From Tubulanus polymorphus (taxonomy: Eukaryota; Animalia; Nemertea), in assembly GCF_964204645.1 (NCBI RefSeq), contig NC_134032.1:9102275-9166274 (forward strand): 64,000 nucleotides of DNA. The letters run 5' to 3'. The notes beneath the pieces are model-generated. The model did no database searches. It saw only the letters and a program-made list of their open reading frames with translations, and was not told where the DNA came from. Below, in pieces: positions 48,801 through 61,850 of this stretch (its first letter is position 1; every line of letters starts with the position of its first letter). The translations under genes and the position numbers were made by a program.

Positions 48801-50569
48801 GAAATGTAGTAGTCAAATCTCCATCAACCCACACCATTTTTGCGTCGGCAAACTTGCCTCCTGACATCAATTTCAGGCAGTTATTCAGCTTGCTAAATAC
48901 TGGTCGGTTTTCATTTTTCATCTTCTCTTGAAATTTCGGCTGTTCCAGGTACGTAAGGTAAACAATCGTCATAAAGTTATCGATGGGGCATGTGTTTAGC
49001 AGTTGAATGCCAGTACTCAGTGTCCCACCCCAGGATGGCACATTCGGTAATTTACTGCTGCTCTTCGAAATTGTACCAATAGTGCCACTGGTAAATTTCA
49101 GATAAGTCACTGTCTTGCGGCTTCCGACAGTTAACTTGGATGCCAGGAATAACCTCCAGGATTTCGTTACAACTTGTAATTATCGGCACCATACAGGATT
49201 TGCGCCTTTCCCCGGGCTTGCTGATATCCTTCACTCGCGTTGAATTAGTTAACGTATCTGCAAAGAGACATATTGTAATCATGATTAAAATGAGTTCATT
49301 CATTTATTATGTACGCATAAAATTTGAATTTTCCAACCCCCCTCCCCCTCTGTACGCAAAATCGGCCATTTTTTCATATACATTAAGCATTAAAGTACGC
49401 AATTACACTGACCCCTCCCCCTCCCCTAATGCGTACGTAATAAATGAATGATCCCAATGCAGTATTCACGAAAATACTCACAGACCATCATGCACCCCAG
49501 GCAATAGAAACCTTCAAAGGTGATACCTTGTTCCTCATCACATCGCAGGGCCGCTCACGTCACTCCCAAAAGCCTAAATTAAAAGAACAAATTCACGCCC
49601 AAACCCACACCAGACATGTTTATGGTCGGCGGCTTCTTCTTTTTAAAGTGATGACATGTTGTACAGTAATCTTTTTTTACGCCTTATGAAGGCTACCATT
49701 ATGAAACCTTAACAATGTTAACCATTCAGCGTCGTTTTACAAATCATAACCGTAAATCGATGTGCAAAACGTCACAGGTTTATGTGTACACATAATAGCT
49801 ATTTGGCAAAATATTATTGACAAAGATGTAGAATGTCTTCCTGTGATTATATAATGAGCCCTATTTGAACGTCGAAATATTATATTGCATTGAATATCAT
49901 GGGAAGACGTATTGTGATAGTGAAGCAACTGTACATTTAGTTTATTACCTTTCATAACTTCCTCCAATAATGATATGTAATTTAGCGAGTGCGCATTCGA
50001 TTCAACAGAAAAATCATCTTAAATTTTACGTATTATTTGAAGTGACCCAAACTATCATTTCGTTCAAAAAAGTCATCGACTGTCTCGCCTTTTCTTTGTG
50101 AAGGTCTCGAAAAGTCAGTTTCTTTTTGAAGCCGCCTTAAAGAAAGAATGTGATTCAAACTGTTTCCTAAACGATTCAATTATTTGTGAAAATTCTCGAA
50201 ATTAACAAATCATCAAAGAATCGATGAGCAGGCGATTCCCTTCAGGTACTAAAAAATAAATTGTTTCTTTTGCTCGTCCGACCAGCCTCTAGCGTCAGTG
50301 TAATATCCTTCAGTTCTGACTAAGGTAATAAACCACTAATTAGCTTCCGTCATATGCGTGTTATTACTGCTTTTGTTTATTTAATCTTCTCAGACTCAGG
50401 AGTACAAATCTCAGATCACATTCTTTACGTTACATATAGACATCACACAAGATCCGACGTCAAACAGTAAACTACGATTGACTAAAAAGACAAGAAATGA
50501 AAACACACTAAGAAAAATACTAAGTAATCAACTCACGAATAATCAAGTCTAGTAAGACCAGGAAACGTC

Positions 50570-51439
50570 CTATAACCTTAAGGGTTTCAGCCTCTGGCAT
50601 GCGAGTGCCAATCTCGAAAACCAGTGATACAACTCTCTCAGGAGATTTACACAGAAAAAACATACGTCAATATAGCCTATAAATCCTAAACAAACAATAG
50701 AGAATGCACTCACCGACAGTGAAGCCTCAAGAACTGAGGGTAAAAATAATATATTGGGCAGGTCACGAACAACGTACCGGACGTAAAGTAAAATAGAGTA
50801 AAACCAAATGGTTAGGAAAATAAGCCCGCTACAACCACCGCCGAAGTTCTTAAATCTCATCACATCGTCATGAGATGTACTTCTTTCTTCGCTTTCTTGT
50901 ACTTTTTCGGTCTCCTCAAAGTTTCTTAGCGCAACTTTAAATTCAAAGAACGTAACCTCTTTGTCCTTTTGTGTGATAAAAACTGAAAAAGTTTTATATG
51001 AAACCGGTAATCCTTTGTGGACCATAGCGACAAGTAAACTGTCCGAAATATTTTCTCCAGCCGTTTTAAGGGCTGTTGAAGCAGTCTCGGCGCGTAACAT
51101 ATAATCTGTGACACATTCCTCTTGCCCTTTCTTTAACGAAGTCAGTTCATGGTTAAGTCCGATAATTTTTGGCGTTCCTTTCGATTTATAGTGTTCCCGT
51201 AAGATTTCTTGTGCTTTACGGCCGTCGTCTATCGCATCCCGTATTACAAGGGACAGACTCCTGTCGTCCAAACAGTTTATCAGTTCGGCGTAAGCTTCAG
51301 CATTTTTATCTTGATCGGGCTCCTGCCCTGCTGGCAGAAATATCGTATCATGAAGTTTCTGTAATCTCAAATAACTTCGCTTCCCACAGTTCATAACGCT
51401 ATTCGTCACCATCAAACACCAGATTACGCCTGGGCCCAT
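50570..51439 (-). CDS. Chimeric ORF (289 aa from the first ATG): truncated copia gag reading into the junction element
   Basis: An 8-bp deletion (ctagaaac) unique to unit 4 puts the ATG within the PBS in frame with gag. Expression unknown. Confidence 0.35.
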   Translation of the reverse strand: MGPGVIWCLMVTNSVMNCGKRSYLRLQKLHDTIFLPAGQEPDQDKNAEAYAELINCLDDRSLSLVIRDAIDDGRKAQEILREHYKSKGTPKIIGLNHELTSLKKGQEECVTDYMLRAETASTALKTAGENISDSLLVAMVHKGLPVSYKTFSVFITQKDKEVTFFEFKVALRNFEETEKVQESEERSTSHDDVMRFKNFGGGCSGLIFLTIWFYSILLYVRYVVRDLPNILFLPSVLEASLSVSAFSIVCLGFIGYIDVCFFCVNLLRELYHWFSRLALACQRLKPLRL

Positions 51440-54400
51440 TACCTGTTGATGTGGAGGCCATAGTGTCCAATGATGGAAATAATTTGTGGGGCTAAAATTC
51501 AAGAGACAAACGCTGTTGTTCTTTACTATACTATAATTATAACTAAACTTTATTCATCAGTTTCTCATCATCATGGGATATCACAGGATCTTGAGTCATG
51601 CAATTCCACGTAAGGTAACCACAAGAATGTCCAATACAGTTACAGCACATCATGTTTATAGTCAACACACTTTTCGTCCGTCGTTTGTTCGTCCCTCTCA
51701 AAATTGTAGCTGCTAACATGTCCTACGATTGTGGTGAGTTCAAGGTCATTGGTTATTGTATATGGTCACCAGGGGCATTGAATAGTGAAATTGTTAGATT
51801 GTTGAGCATTTGAAACCACTTCCCAAGTGGGCATGGTGTCCCTGGACCCCTAGTTTCGACTCCCTGAAGATGGTTTATTTCAGCGATACTGGACGTTTAC
51901 CATGTCGATGAACGACAGTTCATTGGTCCGGGTTTTTTTAAAGTTGTGCACATTTCCGATCCTTCGCACGTGACTATTTGTGAGCCCAGCCTACACTTAT
52001 ATTTTTACATTCCTCAAACTATCGAGGTGATTGTTATCCTCCTCTTGTAGAACTTCCTGTACGGTTGTGCGCAAATGGTTTCCTCCTTATGTATATATCT
52101 ACAGCCTATGTAATTCCTCCGTCGCGACCGATCTAGGCTCATTGAGGTCCTTCGTGTCGACAAGACATGGAATTATGGTGGAATGTTCATTAGGCATACT
52201 GCGCAGTTGCCGCTTTATATCATTCACCCATTTCTGGTCGATGGCTCTACATCATAAATTTACTGGAGGTTCGCACAAGCACATAAAGCTAACGGTAAAT
52301 CTGCCTGGAAATATGGAAAATTAATTTTGTTACAATCAACACTTGCATAATTCAGAACAAGAAGCGACATAGATATTTCGTTGGCCCACCTATTTCCAGT
52401 ATCTTGTTCCTTTCTAAGAACAGCACAGTCCCTGTGGTTGGAATTGTATGTCACATTGCATCGTGCTTTTTCTTTCGCCAACCAGTTTTCGATTAGATCT
52501 TATTAGTTGAATATCACCATGTTGTGACAGAACTATAAAAAATACTCACAGCTAACCGTAACACAATGCCTTTTAACAATTTTGATGATGCGATGGTATG
52601 TTTTGTTCTATTCGGACAACCATTATTTACAAATCCTTCGTATTTTGGCCGTAGAAATGTAGTAGTCAAATCTCCATCAACCCACACCATTTCTGCGTCG
52701 GCAAACTTGCTTCCCGACATCAATTTCAGGCAGTTATTCAGCTTGCTAAATACTGGTCGGTTTTCATTTTTCATCTTCTCTTGAAATTTCGGCTGTTCCA
52801 GGTACGTAAGGTAAACAATCGTCATAAAGTTATCGATGGGGCATGTGTTTAGCAGTTGAATGCCAGTACTCAGAGTCCCACCCCAGGATGGCACATTCGG
52901 TAATTTACTGCTGCTCTTCGAAATTGTACCAATAGTGCCACTGGTAAAATGTCAGATAAGTCACTGTCTTGCGGCTTCCGACAGTTAACTTGGATGCCAG
53001 GAATAACCTTCAGGATTTCGTTACAACTTGTAATTATCGGCACCATAGGCCTACAGGATTTGCGCCTTTCCCCGGGCTTGCTGATATCCTTCACTCGCGT
53101 TGAATTAGTTAACGTATCTGCAAAGAGACATATTGTAATCATGATTAAAATGAGTTCATTCATTTATTATGTACGCATAAAATTTGAATTTTCCAACCCC
53201 CCTCCCCCTCTGTACGCAAAATCGGCCATTTTTTCATATACATTAAGCATTAAAGTACGCAATTACACTGACCCCTCCCCCTCCCCTAATGCGTACGTAA
53301 TAAATGAATGATCCCAATGCAGTATTCACGAAAATACTCACAGACCATCATGCACCCCAGGCAATAGAAACCTTCAAAGGTGATACCTTGTTCCTCATCA
53401 CATCGCAGGGCCGCTCACGTCACTCCCAAAAGCCTAAATTAAAAGAACAAATTCACGCCCAAACCCACACCAGACGTGTTTATGGTCGGCGGCTTCTTCT
53501 TTTTAAAGTGATGACATGTTGTACAGTAATCTTTTTTGACGCCTTATGAAGGCTACCATTATGAAACCTTAACAATGTTAACCATTCAGCGTCGTTTTAC
53601 AAATCATAACCGTAAATCGATGTGCAAAACGTCACAGGTTTATGTGTACACATAATAGCTATTTGGCAAAATATTATTGACAAAGATGTAGAATGTCTTC
53701 CTGTGATTATATAATGAGCCCTATTTGAACGTCGAAATATTATATTGCATTGAATATCATGGGAAGACGTATTGTGATAGTGAAGCAACTGTACATTTAG
53801 TTTATTACCTTTCATAACTTCCTCCAATAATGATATGTAATTTAGCGAGTGCGCATTCAATTCAACAGAAAAATCATCTTAAATTTTACGTATTATTTGA
53901 AGTGACCCAAACTATCATTTCGTTCAAAAAAGTCATCGACTGTCTCGCCTTTTCTTTGTGAAGGTCTCGAAAAGTCAGTTTCTTTTTGAAGCCGCCTTAA
54001 AGAAAGAATGTGATTCAAACTGTTTCCTAAACGATTCAATTATTTGTGAAAATTCTCGAAATTAACAAATCATCAAAGAATCGATGAGCAGGCGATTCCC
54101 TTCAGGTACTAAAATATAAATTGTTTCTTTTGCTCGTCCGACCAGCCTCTAGCGTCAGTGTAATATCCTTCAGTTCTGACTAAGGTAATAAACCACTAAT
54201 TAGCTTCCGTCATATGCGTGTTATTACTGCTTTTGTTTATTTAATCTTCTCAGACTCAGGAGTACAAATCTCAGATCACATTCTTTACGTTACATATAGA
54301 CATCACACAAGATCCGACGTCAAACAGTAAACTACGATTGACTAAAAAGACAAGAAATGAAAACACACTAAGAAAAATACTAAGTAATCAACTCACGAAT

Positions 54401-56462
54401 AATCAAGTCTAGTAAGACCAGGAAACGTCCTATAACCTTAAGGGTATCAGCCTCTGGCATGCGAGTGCCAATCTCGAAAACCAGTGATACAACTCTCTCA
54501 GGAGATTTACACAGAAAAAACATACGTCAATATAGCCTATACATCCTAAACAAACAATAGAGAATGCACTCACCGACAGTGAAGCCTCAAGAACTGAGGG
54601 TAAAAATAATATATTGGGCAGGTCACGAACTTTCTAAACACGCGCCCGCACACTCCACACTAGACTGCGGACCCGGACCGGACAACGTACCGGACGTAAA
54701 GTAAAATAGAGTAAAACCAAATGGTTAGGAAAATAAGCCCGCTACAACCACTGCCGAAGTTCTTAAATCTCATCACATCGTCATGAGATGTACTTCTTTC
54801 TTCGCTTTCTTGTACTTTTTCGGTCTCCTCAAAGTTTCTTAGCACAACTTTAAATTCAAAGAACGTAACCTCTTTGTCCTTTTGTGTGATAAAAACTGAA
54901 CAAGTTTTATATGAAACCGGTAATCCTTTGTGGACCATAGCGACAAGTAAACTGTCCGAAATATTTTCTCCAGCCGTTTTAAGGGCTGTTGAAGCAGTCT
55001 CGGCGCGTAACATATAATCTGTGACACATTCCTCTTGCCCTTTCTTTAACGAAGTCAGTTCATGGTAAAGTCCGATAATTTTTGGCGTTCCTTTCGATTT
55101 ATAGTGTTCCCGTAAGATTTCTTGTGCTTTACAGCCGTCGTCTATCGCATCCCGTATTACAAGGGACATACTCCTGTCGTCCAAACAGTTTATCAGTTCG
55201 GCGTAAGCTTCAGCATTTTTATCTTGATCGGGCTTCTGCCCTGCTGGCAGAAATATCGTATCATGAAGTTTCTGTAATCTCAAATAACCTAGAAACTTCG
55301 CTTCCCACAGTTCATAACGCTATTCGTCACCATCAAACACCAGATTACGCCTGGGCCCATTACCTGTTGATGTGGAGGCCATAGTGTCCAATGATGGAAA
55401 TAATTTGTGGGGCTAAAATTCAAGAGACAAACGCTGTTGTTCTTTACTATACTACATGTATAATTATAACTAAACTTTATTCATCAGTTTCTCATCATCA
55501 TGGGATATCACAGGATCTTGAGTCATGCAATTCCACGTAAGGTAACCACAAGAATGTCCAATACAGTTACAGCACATCATGTTTATAGTCAACACACTTT
55601 TCGTCCGTCGTTTGTTCGTCCCTCTCAAAATTGTAGCTGCTAACATGTCCTATGATTGTGGTGAGTTCAAGGTCATTGGTTATTGTATATGGTCACCAGG
55701 GGCATTGAATAGTGAAATTCTTAGATTGTTGAGCATTTGAAACCACTTCCCAAGTGGGCATGGTGTCCCTGGACCCCTAGTTTCGATTCCCTGAAGATGG
55801 TTTATTTCAGCGATACTGGACGTTTACCATGTCGATGAACGACAGTTCATTGGTCCGGGTTTTTTTAAAGTTGTGCACATTTCCGATCCTTCGGACGTGA
55901 CTATTTGTGAGCCCAGCCTACACTTATATTTTTACATTCCTCAAACTATCGAGGTGATTGTTATCCTCCTCTTGTAGAACTTCCTGTACGGTTGTGCGCA
56001 AATGGTTTAATCCTCCTTATGTATATATCTTCAGCCTATGTAATTCCTCCGTCGCGACCGATCAAGGCTCATTGAGGTCCTTCTTGTCGACAAGACATGG
56101 AATTATGGTGGAATGTTCATTAGGCATATTGCGCAGTTGCCGCTTTATATCATTCACCCATTTCTGGTCGATGGCTCTACATCATAAATTTACCGGAGGT
56201 TCGCACAAGCACATAAAGCTAACGGTAAATCTGCCTGGAAATATGGAAAATTAATTTTGTTACAATCAACACTTGCATAATTCAGAACAAGAAGCGACAT
56301 AGATATTTCGTTGGCCCACCTATTTCCAGTATCTTGTTCCTTTCTAAGAACAGCACAGTCCCTGTGGTTGGAATTGTATGTCACATTGCATCGTGCTTTT
56401 TCTTTCGCCAACCAGTTTTCGATTAGATCTTATTAGTTGAATATCACCATGTTGTGACAGAA

Positions 56463-57083
56463 CTATAAAAAAATACTCACAGCTAACCGTAACACAATGC
56501 CTTTTAACAATTTTGATGATGCGATGGTATGTTTTGTTCTATTCGGACAACCATTATTTACAAATCCTTCGTATTTTGGCCGTAGAAATGTAGTAGTCAA
56601 ATCTCCATCAACCCACACCATTTTTGCGTCGGCAAACTTGCCTCCCGACATCAATTTCAGGCAGTTATTCAGCTTGCTAAATACTGGTCGGTTTTCATTT
56701 TTCATCTTCTCTTGAAATTTCGGCTGTTCCAGGTACGTAAGGTAAACAATCGTTATAAAGTTATCGATGGGGCATGTGTTTAGCAGTTGAATGCCAGTAC
56801 TCAGTGTCCCACCCCAGGATGGCACATTCGGTAATTTACTGCTGCTCTTCGAAATTGTACCAATAGTGCCACTGGTAAATTTCAGATAAGTCACTGTCTT
56901 GCAGCTTCCGACAGCTTGGATGCCAGGAATAACCTCCAGGATTTCGTTACAACTTGTAATTATCGGCACCATACAGGATTTGCGCCTTTCCCCGGGCTTG
57001 CTGATATCCTTCACTCGCGTTGAATTAGTTGACGTATCTGCAAAGAGACATATTGTAATCATGATTAAAATGAGTTCATTCAT
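56463..57083 (-). pseudogene. Uncharacterised ORF remnant with VPSWGG..LLNTCPIDNF motif; split in the other four units
   Basis: Longest version is in unit 5; NTC motif is reminiscent of a cysteine-protease Cys box (inference). Confidence 0.4.
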
Positions 57084-57819
57084 TTATTACGTACGCATAA
57101 AATTTGAATTTTCCAGCCCCCCTCCCCCTCTGTACGCAAAATCGGCCATTTTTTCATATACATTAAGCATTAAAGTACGCAATTACACTGACCCCTCCCC
57201 CTCCCCTAATGCGTACGTAATAAATGAATGATCCCAATGCAGTATTCACGAAAATACTCACAGACCATCATGCACCCCAGGCAATAGAAACCTTCAAAGG
57301 TGATACCTTGTTCCTCATCACATCGCAGGGCCGCTCACGTCACTCCCAAAAGCCTAAATTTTAAAAAAAAATTCACGCCCAAACCCACACCAGACATGTT
57401 TATGGTCGGCGGCTTCTTCTTTTTAAAGTGATGACATGTTGTACAGTAATCTTTTTTGACGCCTTATGAAGGCTACCATTATGAAACCTTAACGATGTTA
57501 ACCATTCAGCGTCGTTTTACAAAACATAACCGTAAATCGATGTGCAAAACGTCACAGGTCTATGTGTACACATAATAGCTATTTGGCAAAATATTATTGA
57601 CAAAGATGTAGAATGTCTTCCTGTGATTATATAATGAGCCCTATTTGAACGTCGAAATATTATATTGCATTGAATATCATGGGAAGACGTATTGTGATAG
57701 TGAAGCAACTGTACATTTAGTTTATTACCTTTCATAACTTCCTCCAATAATGATATGTAATTTAGCGAGTGCGCATTCAATTCAACAGAAAAATCATCTT
57801 AAATTTTACGTATTATTTG

Positions 57820-59140
57820 AAGTGACCCAAACTATCATTTCGTTCAAAAAAGTCATCGACTGTCTCGCCTTTTTTGTGAAGGTCCCGAAAAGTCAGTTTC
57901 TTTTTGAAGCCGCCTTAAAGAAAGAATGTGATTCAAACTGTTCCCTAAACTATTCAATTATTTGTGAAAATTCTCGAAATTAACAAATCATCAAAGAATC
58001 GATGAGCAGGCCCTTCAGGTACTAAAATATAAATTGTTTCTTTTGCTCGTCCGACCATCCTCTAGCGTCAGACTTCCGAATCCATGTAGAGAAATCAATT
58101 CCGTTTTGTCTCCCTGAGAACTTCCAAATAGCTAGAATATCCGCTAGACTTGTGGAATTTTCTATCCACTGAGCAAATAAAAAGGAAAGATCCTCTGTAA
58201 ACTCAATCCTTTGACTAGTGGCTGCATTCTGAATTCTTTCCGCGGGAACCATATTTAACGTTCTATTTCTAAGTGTCCTATGCAATAATACAAACTAGAT
58301 TAGTCAAAAATTAGAAATTGTAATGACTGAAACAAACTGAAACTAAATAATAATTTATACACAACTAAAACTTCAAAACGGCGTTGCCTTCATTTCAGAA
58401 GAAGAATTGTATCCTTTATCATCCATCTACTGAAATACCAAGCAGTTTACCCTTTATAACGTTATAATCCGTACTAGTATATCATCGCAATAAACTGTTA
58501 AAACTATTTTAAAAATATGCTTCTTACGAGCACATACACATAAAACTTCATAATCCATTATACTCTCTAATACCACTTAAACGTGCGACCCTATACAACT
58601 TGAACAAAAGCGCAAATAACTAATCTACTTACCAATATCTCATAAATCAATATCCCAGTACACACTACAATTTTACTGTCGAATTCAGCTAAACACGAAA
58701 TGAATTCCATTTGAAACGCTAAAGCAAAGCTTAGTTTCTGTATCAAAAAACTCTCTTAATAACACAAGTTACTTAGTTACCAATCTAAAAGCGCGATATA
58801 ATTTCTTTAGAAAAATTATTCCTAGAACGAAAAACTAATTAATCACACAACCACTGAATTTTCAAAATAGCTACATGGATGGAGTATATCCCGAAATGAA
58901 ATACCTTAGATTTCGACAGTATACACATGAAAAAGGGTCCTGCTTTTCTGCACCAAATCTGTCGTGCGGCTGGGAGGGGGACGCCCGGAATAGCTGTGGG
59001 ACAGTGGTCGTTGTTCCGTCCAGGTCGTATGTACTTCCCCTCCTGTCTTGAACGGCGATGTGGAAACCCTAGACCAAAATAAACTAAACATAGACAAAAT
59101 ATCCTTCCTTCTTCTGTTCATTGATACTGGCCAGGACATT
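57820..59140 (-). mobile_element. Degenerate gypsy-like element 5' end (gag remnant, leader, putative PBS and LTR)
   Basis: KFSG..DFSTWIRK..ARGWSDEQKK and KGETVDDFFER gag-like motifs; minus-strand ..ACGACA then TGGTGCAGAAAAGCAGGA near 58938-58960. LTR right limit uncertain. Confidence 0.55.
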
Positions 59141-59395
59141 TCTCACTACGCTCATACTACGCTCTTACTATCCAGATTATTAATCTCTTGAGATGTGTTA
59201 AATCTCAGCAAACATATGAAGTGGCAGAAGTATTTCCCTCATATGAGGAAGAATTCATGAAGAAAATCTCCACTATGTCTTTTAATGTATGGTAAGCCAT
59301 TTTCCACCAACTTGCTTTTAAATGCAGTTGGGCCACCTTCGGCATCTATTAAACAAAGTTTGTTCATTTGCAAAATTTCATTTTTTGACATACAT

Positions 59396-59699
59396 CAGGG
59401 GCGGATTTAGAGGGGCGTGTCGACCGTGTCGCCCAACACGGTCGCAATTTTAAAGTGCCTTTTAATTTTTTCTCTATCAAAATTTGCTGTTGTAACCACC
59501 CGAGATACACAATAGATATTTTTCCTAAATATATAACCTATGTTTCTTGACTAAATGCCTCTCAGAGATGCTCAGAAAGCTCTAAAATGATTAGTAAAAT
59601 TTCAAACATTTTGCTGATACGCCTTTCCGCCCTAAATTAAGAATATATGCCCTTTTTATCGGTCGACATGGTCACAGCATGCTCCTGGATCCGCCCCTG
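59396..59699. mobile_element. MITE with CAGGGGCGGAT TIRs
   Basis: caggggcggatttag / ctggatccgcccctg; 5-bp direct repeat tacat on both sides. Confidence 0.85.
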
Positions 59700-59759
59700 T
59701 ACATTCATTTGCAAAAGTTTCCCATTTGTAGTCTTTGGAGCTCTTTGTATTGCACATAC

Positions 59760-61130
59760 TAGACATTCCTACAACCTCCTCAGCATTTGCGATCAAGCTG
59801 ACTTGGTTTGATGTATTAGGTTCTCAGTGACATTCATTTCAAAATGTCTATGATACTGAACCGAAGCAATGGAAGGAAATACATGCATACGTGTCTTTTT
59901 AAAACAATGATGGATGCTTCGATATTTTTCATTGTAGTTGGAAAACAGACACATCGTTTTGCTTTTGTCGAAGTGTGGACAGAGTATCATTCCTTCTAAC
60001 TGGTTCTCTGTTTTTACTCATTTATTCTTTCCATGAATTTACTGTATTAGCAGATTTCCAAAAAAGTCAAATATCCCTCGACTACCGTGCACTGAGTCCT
60101 GTCTTTAAGGTATTTGTAGTCATAAAAACATCTGTAGACAACCTATTAGAATATCGTGGTCAATGGGATCAAAGGCAGCCGAGAGATCAAGCATAGCTAG
60201 AAAGAAAAACTACATCATTGTTTTCTAAAGCACAGGTGATACCATTAGAAACTTGCAAAAGTGCAGTCTCTGTACTGTGACAACTCCTATAAGCTGACTG
60301 ACAAGGTTCGTGCAACTGATGCAAAATAAGATGATTGACTATCCTAGCAGCAATTACTTTTTCAACTACCTTAGATAAAAAAACTAGAATTAGACACTGG
60401 CCTAAAGTTATTGAGAACATTATGGTCTAACGTTGCTTTCTTTAATTATGGGTGAACAATTGCATGTTTAATTAAGTGCACTAGGAAAGACACCACATCT
60501 TAGAATAACATTACTCATATCAACCAATATTGGTAACATACCTGATGTTGCAAATGCAGATTATAGAATAGTTATTGGAACTGGGTCTAGAGAACAACTT
60601 TTTGACGGCATCGTTGTCAGGATTTTTGACACCTCTGAAAAATGTGTATGCTCAAACTCAGATAATAAAGGAACATAATCCTGCTGAACAATAAAATTTG
60701 GCACTACATCATTTGAATCCAAATAAGAGCGAACATCGGAAATCTTATTATAGAAAAAATCACTGATTGTCTGTCTGACATATGTTTGTCTGACGTTGAA
60801 CATTTTTTGTTGATAATAGTCAGTCTTTCGATAGTTTGATCATACGGACAACTTTGTTGTAAACATAGATTAATACATTAAATGTATTTCAAGACCTGTT
60901 GAGCGCCATTGTTTTTCAAGTTTGCGGCATAGCTGTCGTGCTACATTTATTTCATCCATGTGACACTTTGAACAGCCAGGCCTAATAATACTATCTTTCA
61001 CAACAAGTGGAGATATTTCATTCAATAACTTTCTGGTCAGGAATTTTTCACAGTCACATTTTGAACAAAATGTGGTATGTTTGATGTCGGATGCTGACAT
61101 GCTGAAAATGAGAAGTTTCATCAATATGTA
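59760..61130 (-). mobile_element. L2/CR1-group LINE ORF2 remnant
   Basis: KSCSLDPVP, FLSKVVEKVIA, QSAYRSCHSTETAL and DLSAAFD motifs with frameshifts. Confidence 0.85.
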
Positions 61131-61161
61131 GTGTGTTTTGCTGGGTAAAACGTTTTCTAAT

Positions 61162-61290
61162 TAGACGGTGCACAAGGGAAGGACCAGGGTGAGTAGTTTT
61201 CCAAGTAGACGGTGCACAAGGCGAGGGAAGTAGACGGCGCACAAGAGAGGGGCTAGGGTGAAAAGTTTTCCAAGTAGACGGTGCATGAGG
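61162..61290. repeat. Short tandem-like repeats of tagacggtgcacaag
   Basis: Four copies with variable spacers. Confidence 0.7.
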
Positions 61291-61850
61291 TTATGGTTTA
61301 AGGTTGCACACAAAGTCCACCGATTAGAGGGAGGTCCATTTATTTATACTCACATCTCGAACGAATTGAAGCAAGCGATTCTTTATCGTATGCACGTACG
61401 CCTTAAGTGAGCCCAGGGTCTTACCAATCACTCTTTCTGCTTCCAGCCAATTTACTACGGAATGTGCGTTTAGTTCATCATCACAGAAAGTGATTAATTG
61501 ACGGCTATCACGCACGTATGATGGCTTTTTTTCTCCTTGACCATTCCATGAACAAAGACCTGAGAAAAACATGTAGGACTAACCCTTTCGTATCATCAGA
61601 TAGACCTTTTTCTTCGTTTTCCTCATTTTCCTCTCCATCGCTTTCCTCCTTCTCCATCTTCTCTATATCACTTTCTTCTCGGCATTCATACTAGTCTTTG
61701 CACTTTCGACTTCAGAATCTTAACCACTGCTTTGATCTAAAGACAAAAATGAACGACATGGTAATTCCGTTACTATATCAGTCGGAAAGTCACTAACACC
61801 TGATGTTACTTCTCGATTCACATTTTGTGTGACTTGAATGTCTTCAAACC

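Larger units (their letters stand above)
31877..58071. repeat. Tandem array of five ~3.9 kb units (starts 31877, 35776, 46972, 50834, 54747)
   Basis: Near-identical blocks of copia gag 5' fragment + PBS + LTR + HINE end + ORF remnants + MITE + gypsy gag remnant, joined by a 535/588-bp junction element. The last unit lacks the junction element. Confidence 0.97.

Noticed and set aside
33058-57983. Repeated small ORFs in the array (MLSSSC.., MNDPNA.., MNAHSL.., MPFNNF..) as a gene family
   Set aside because: They recur only because the DNA is recently duplicated; several are antisense shadows or start in a MITE and show no recognisable motifs.
31877-58071. Array as a pure assembly artefact
   Set aside because: Units carry private SNPs and indels and one has a TSD-flanked insertion; exact copy number still needs read support.
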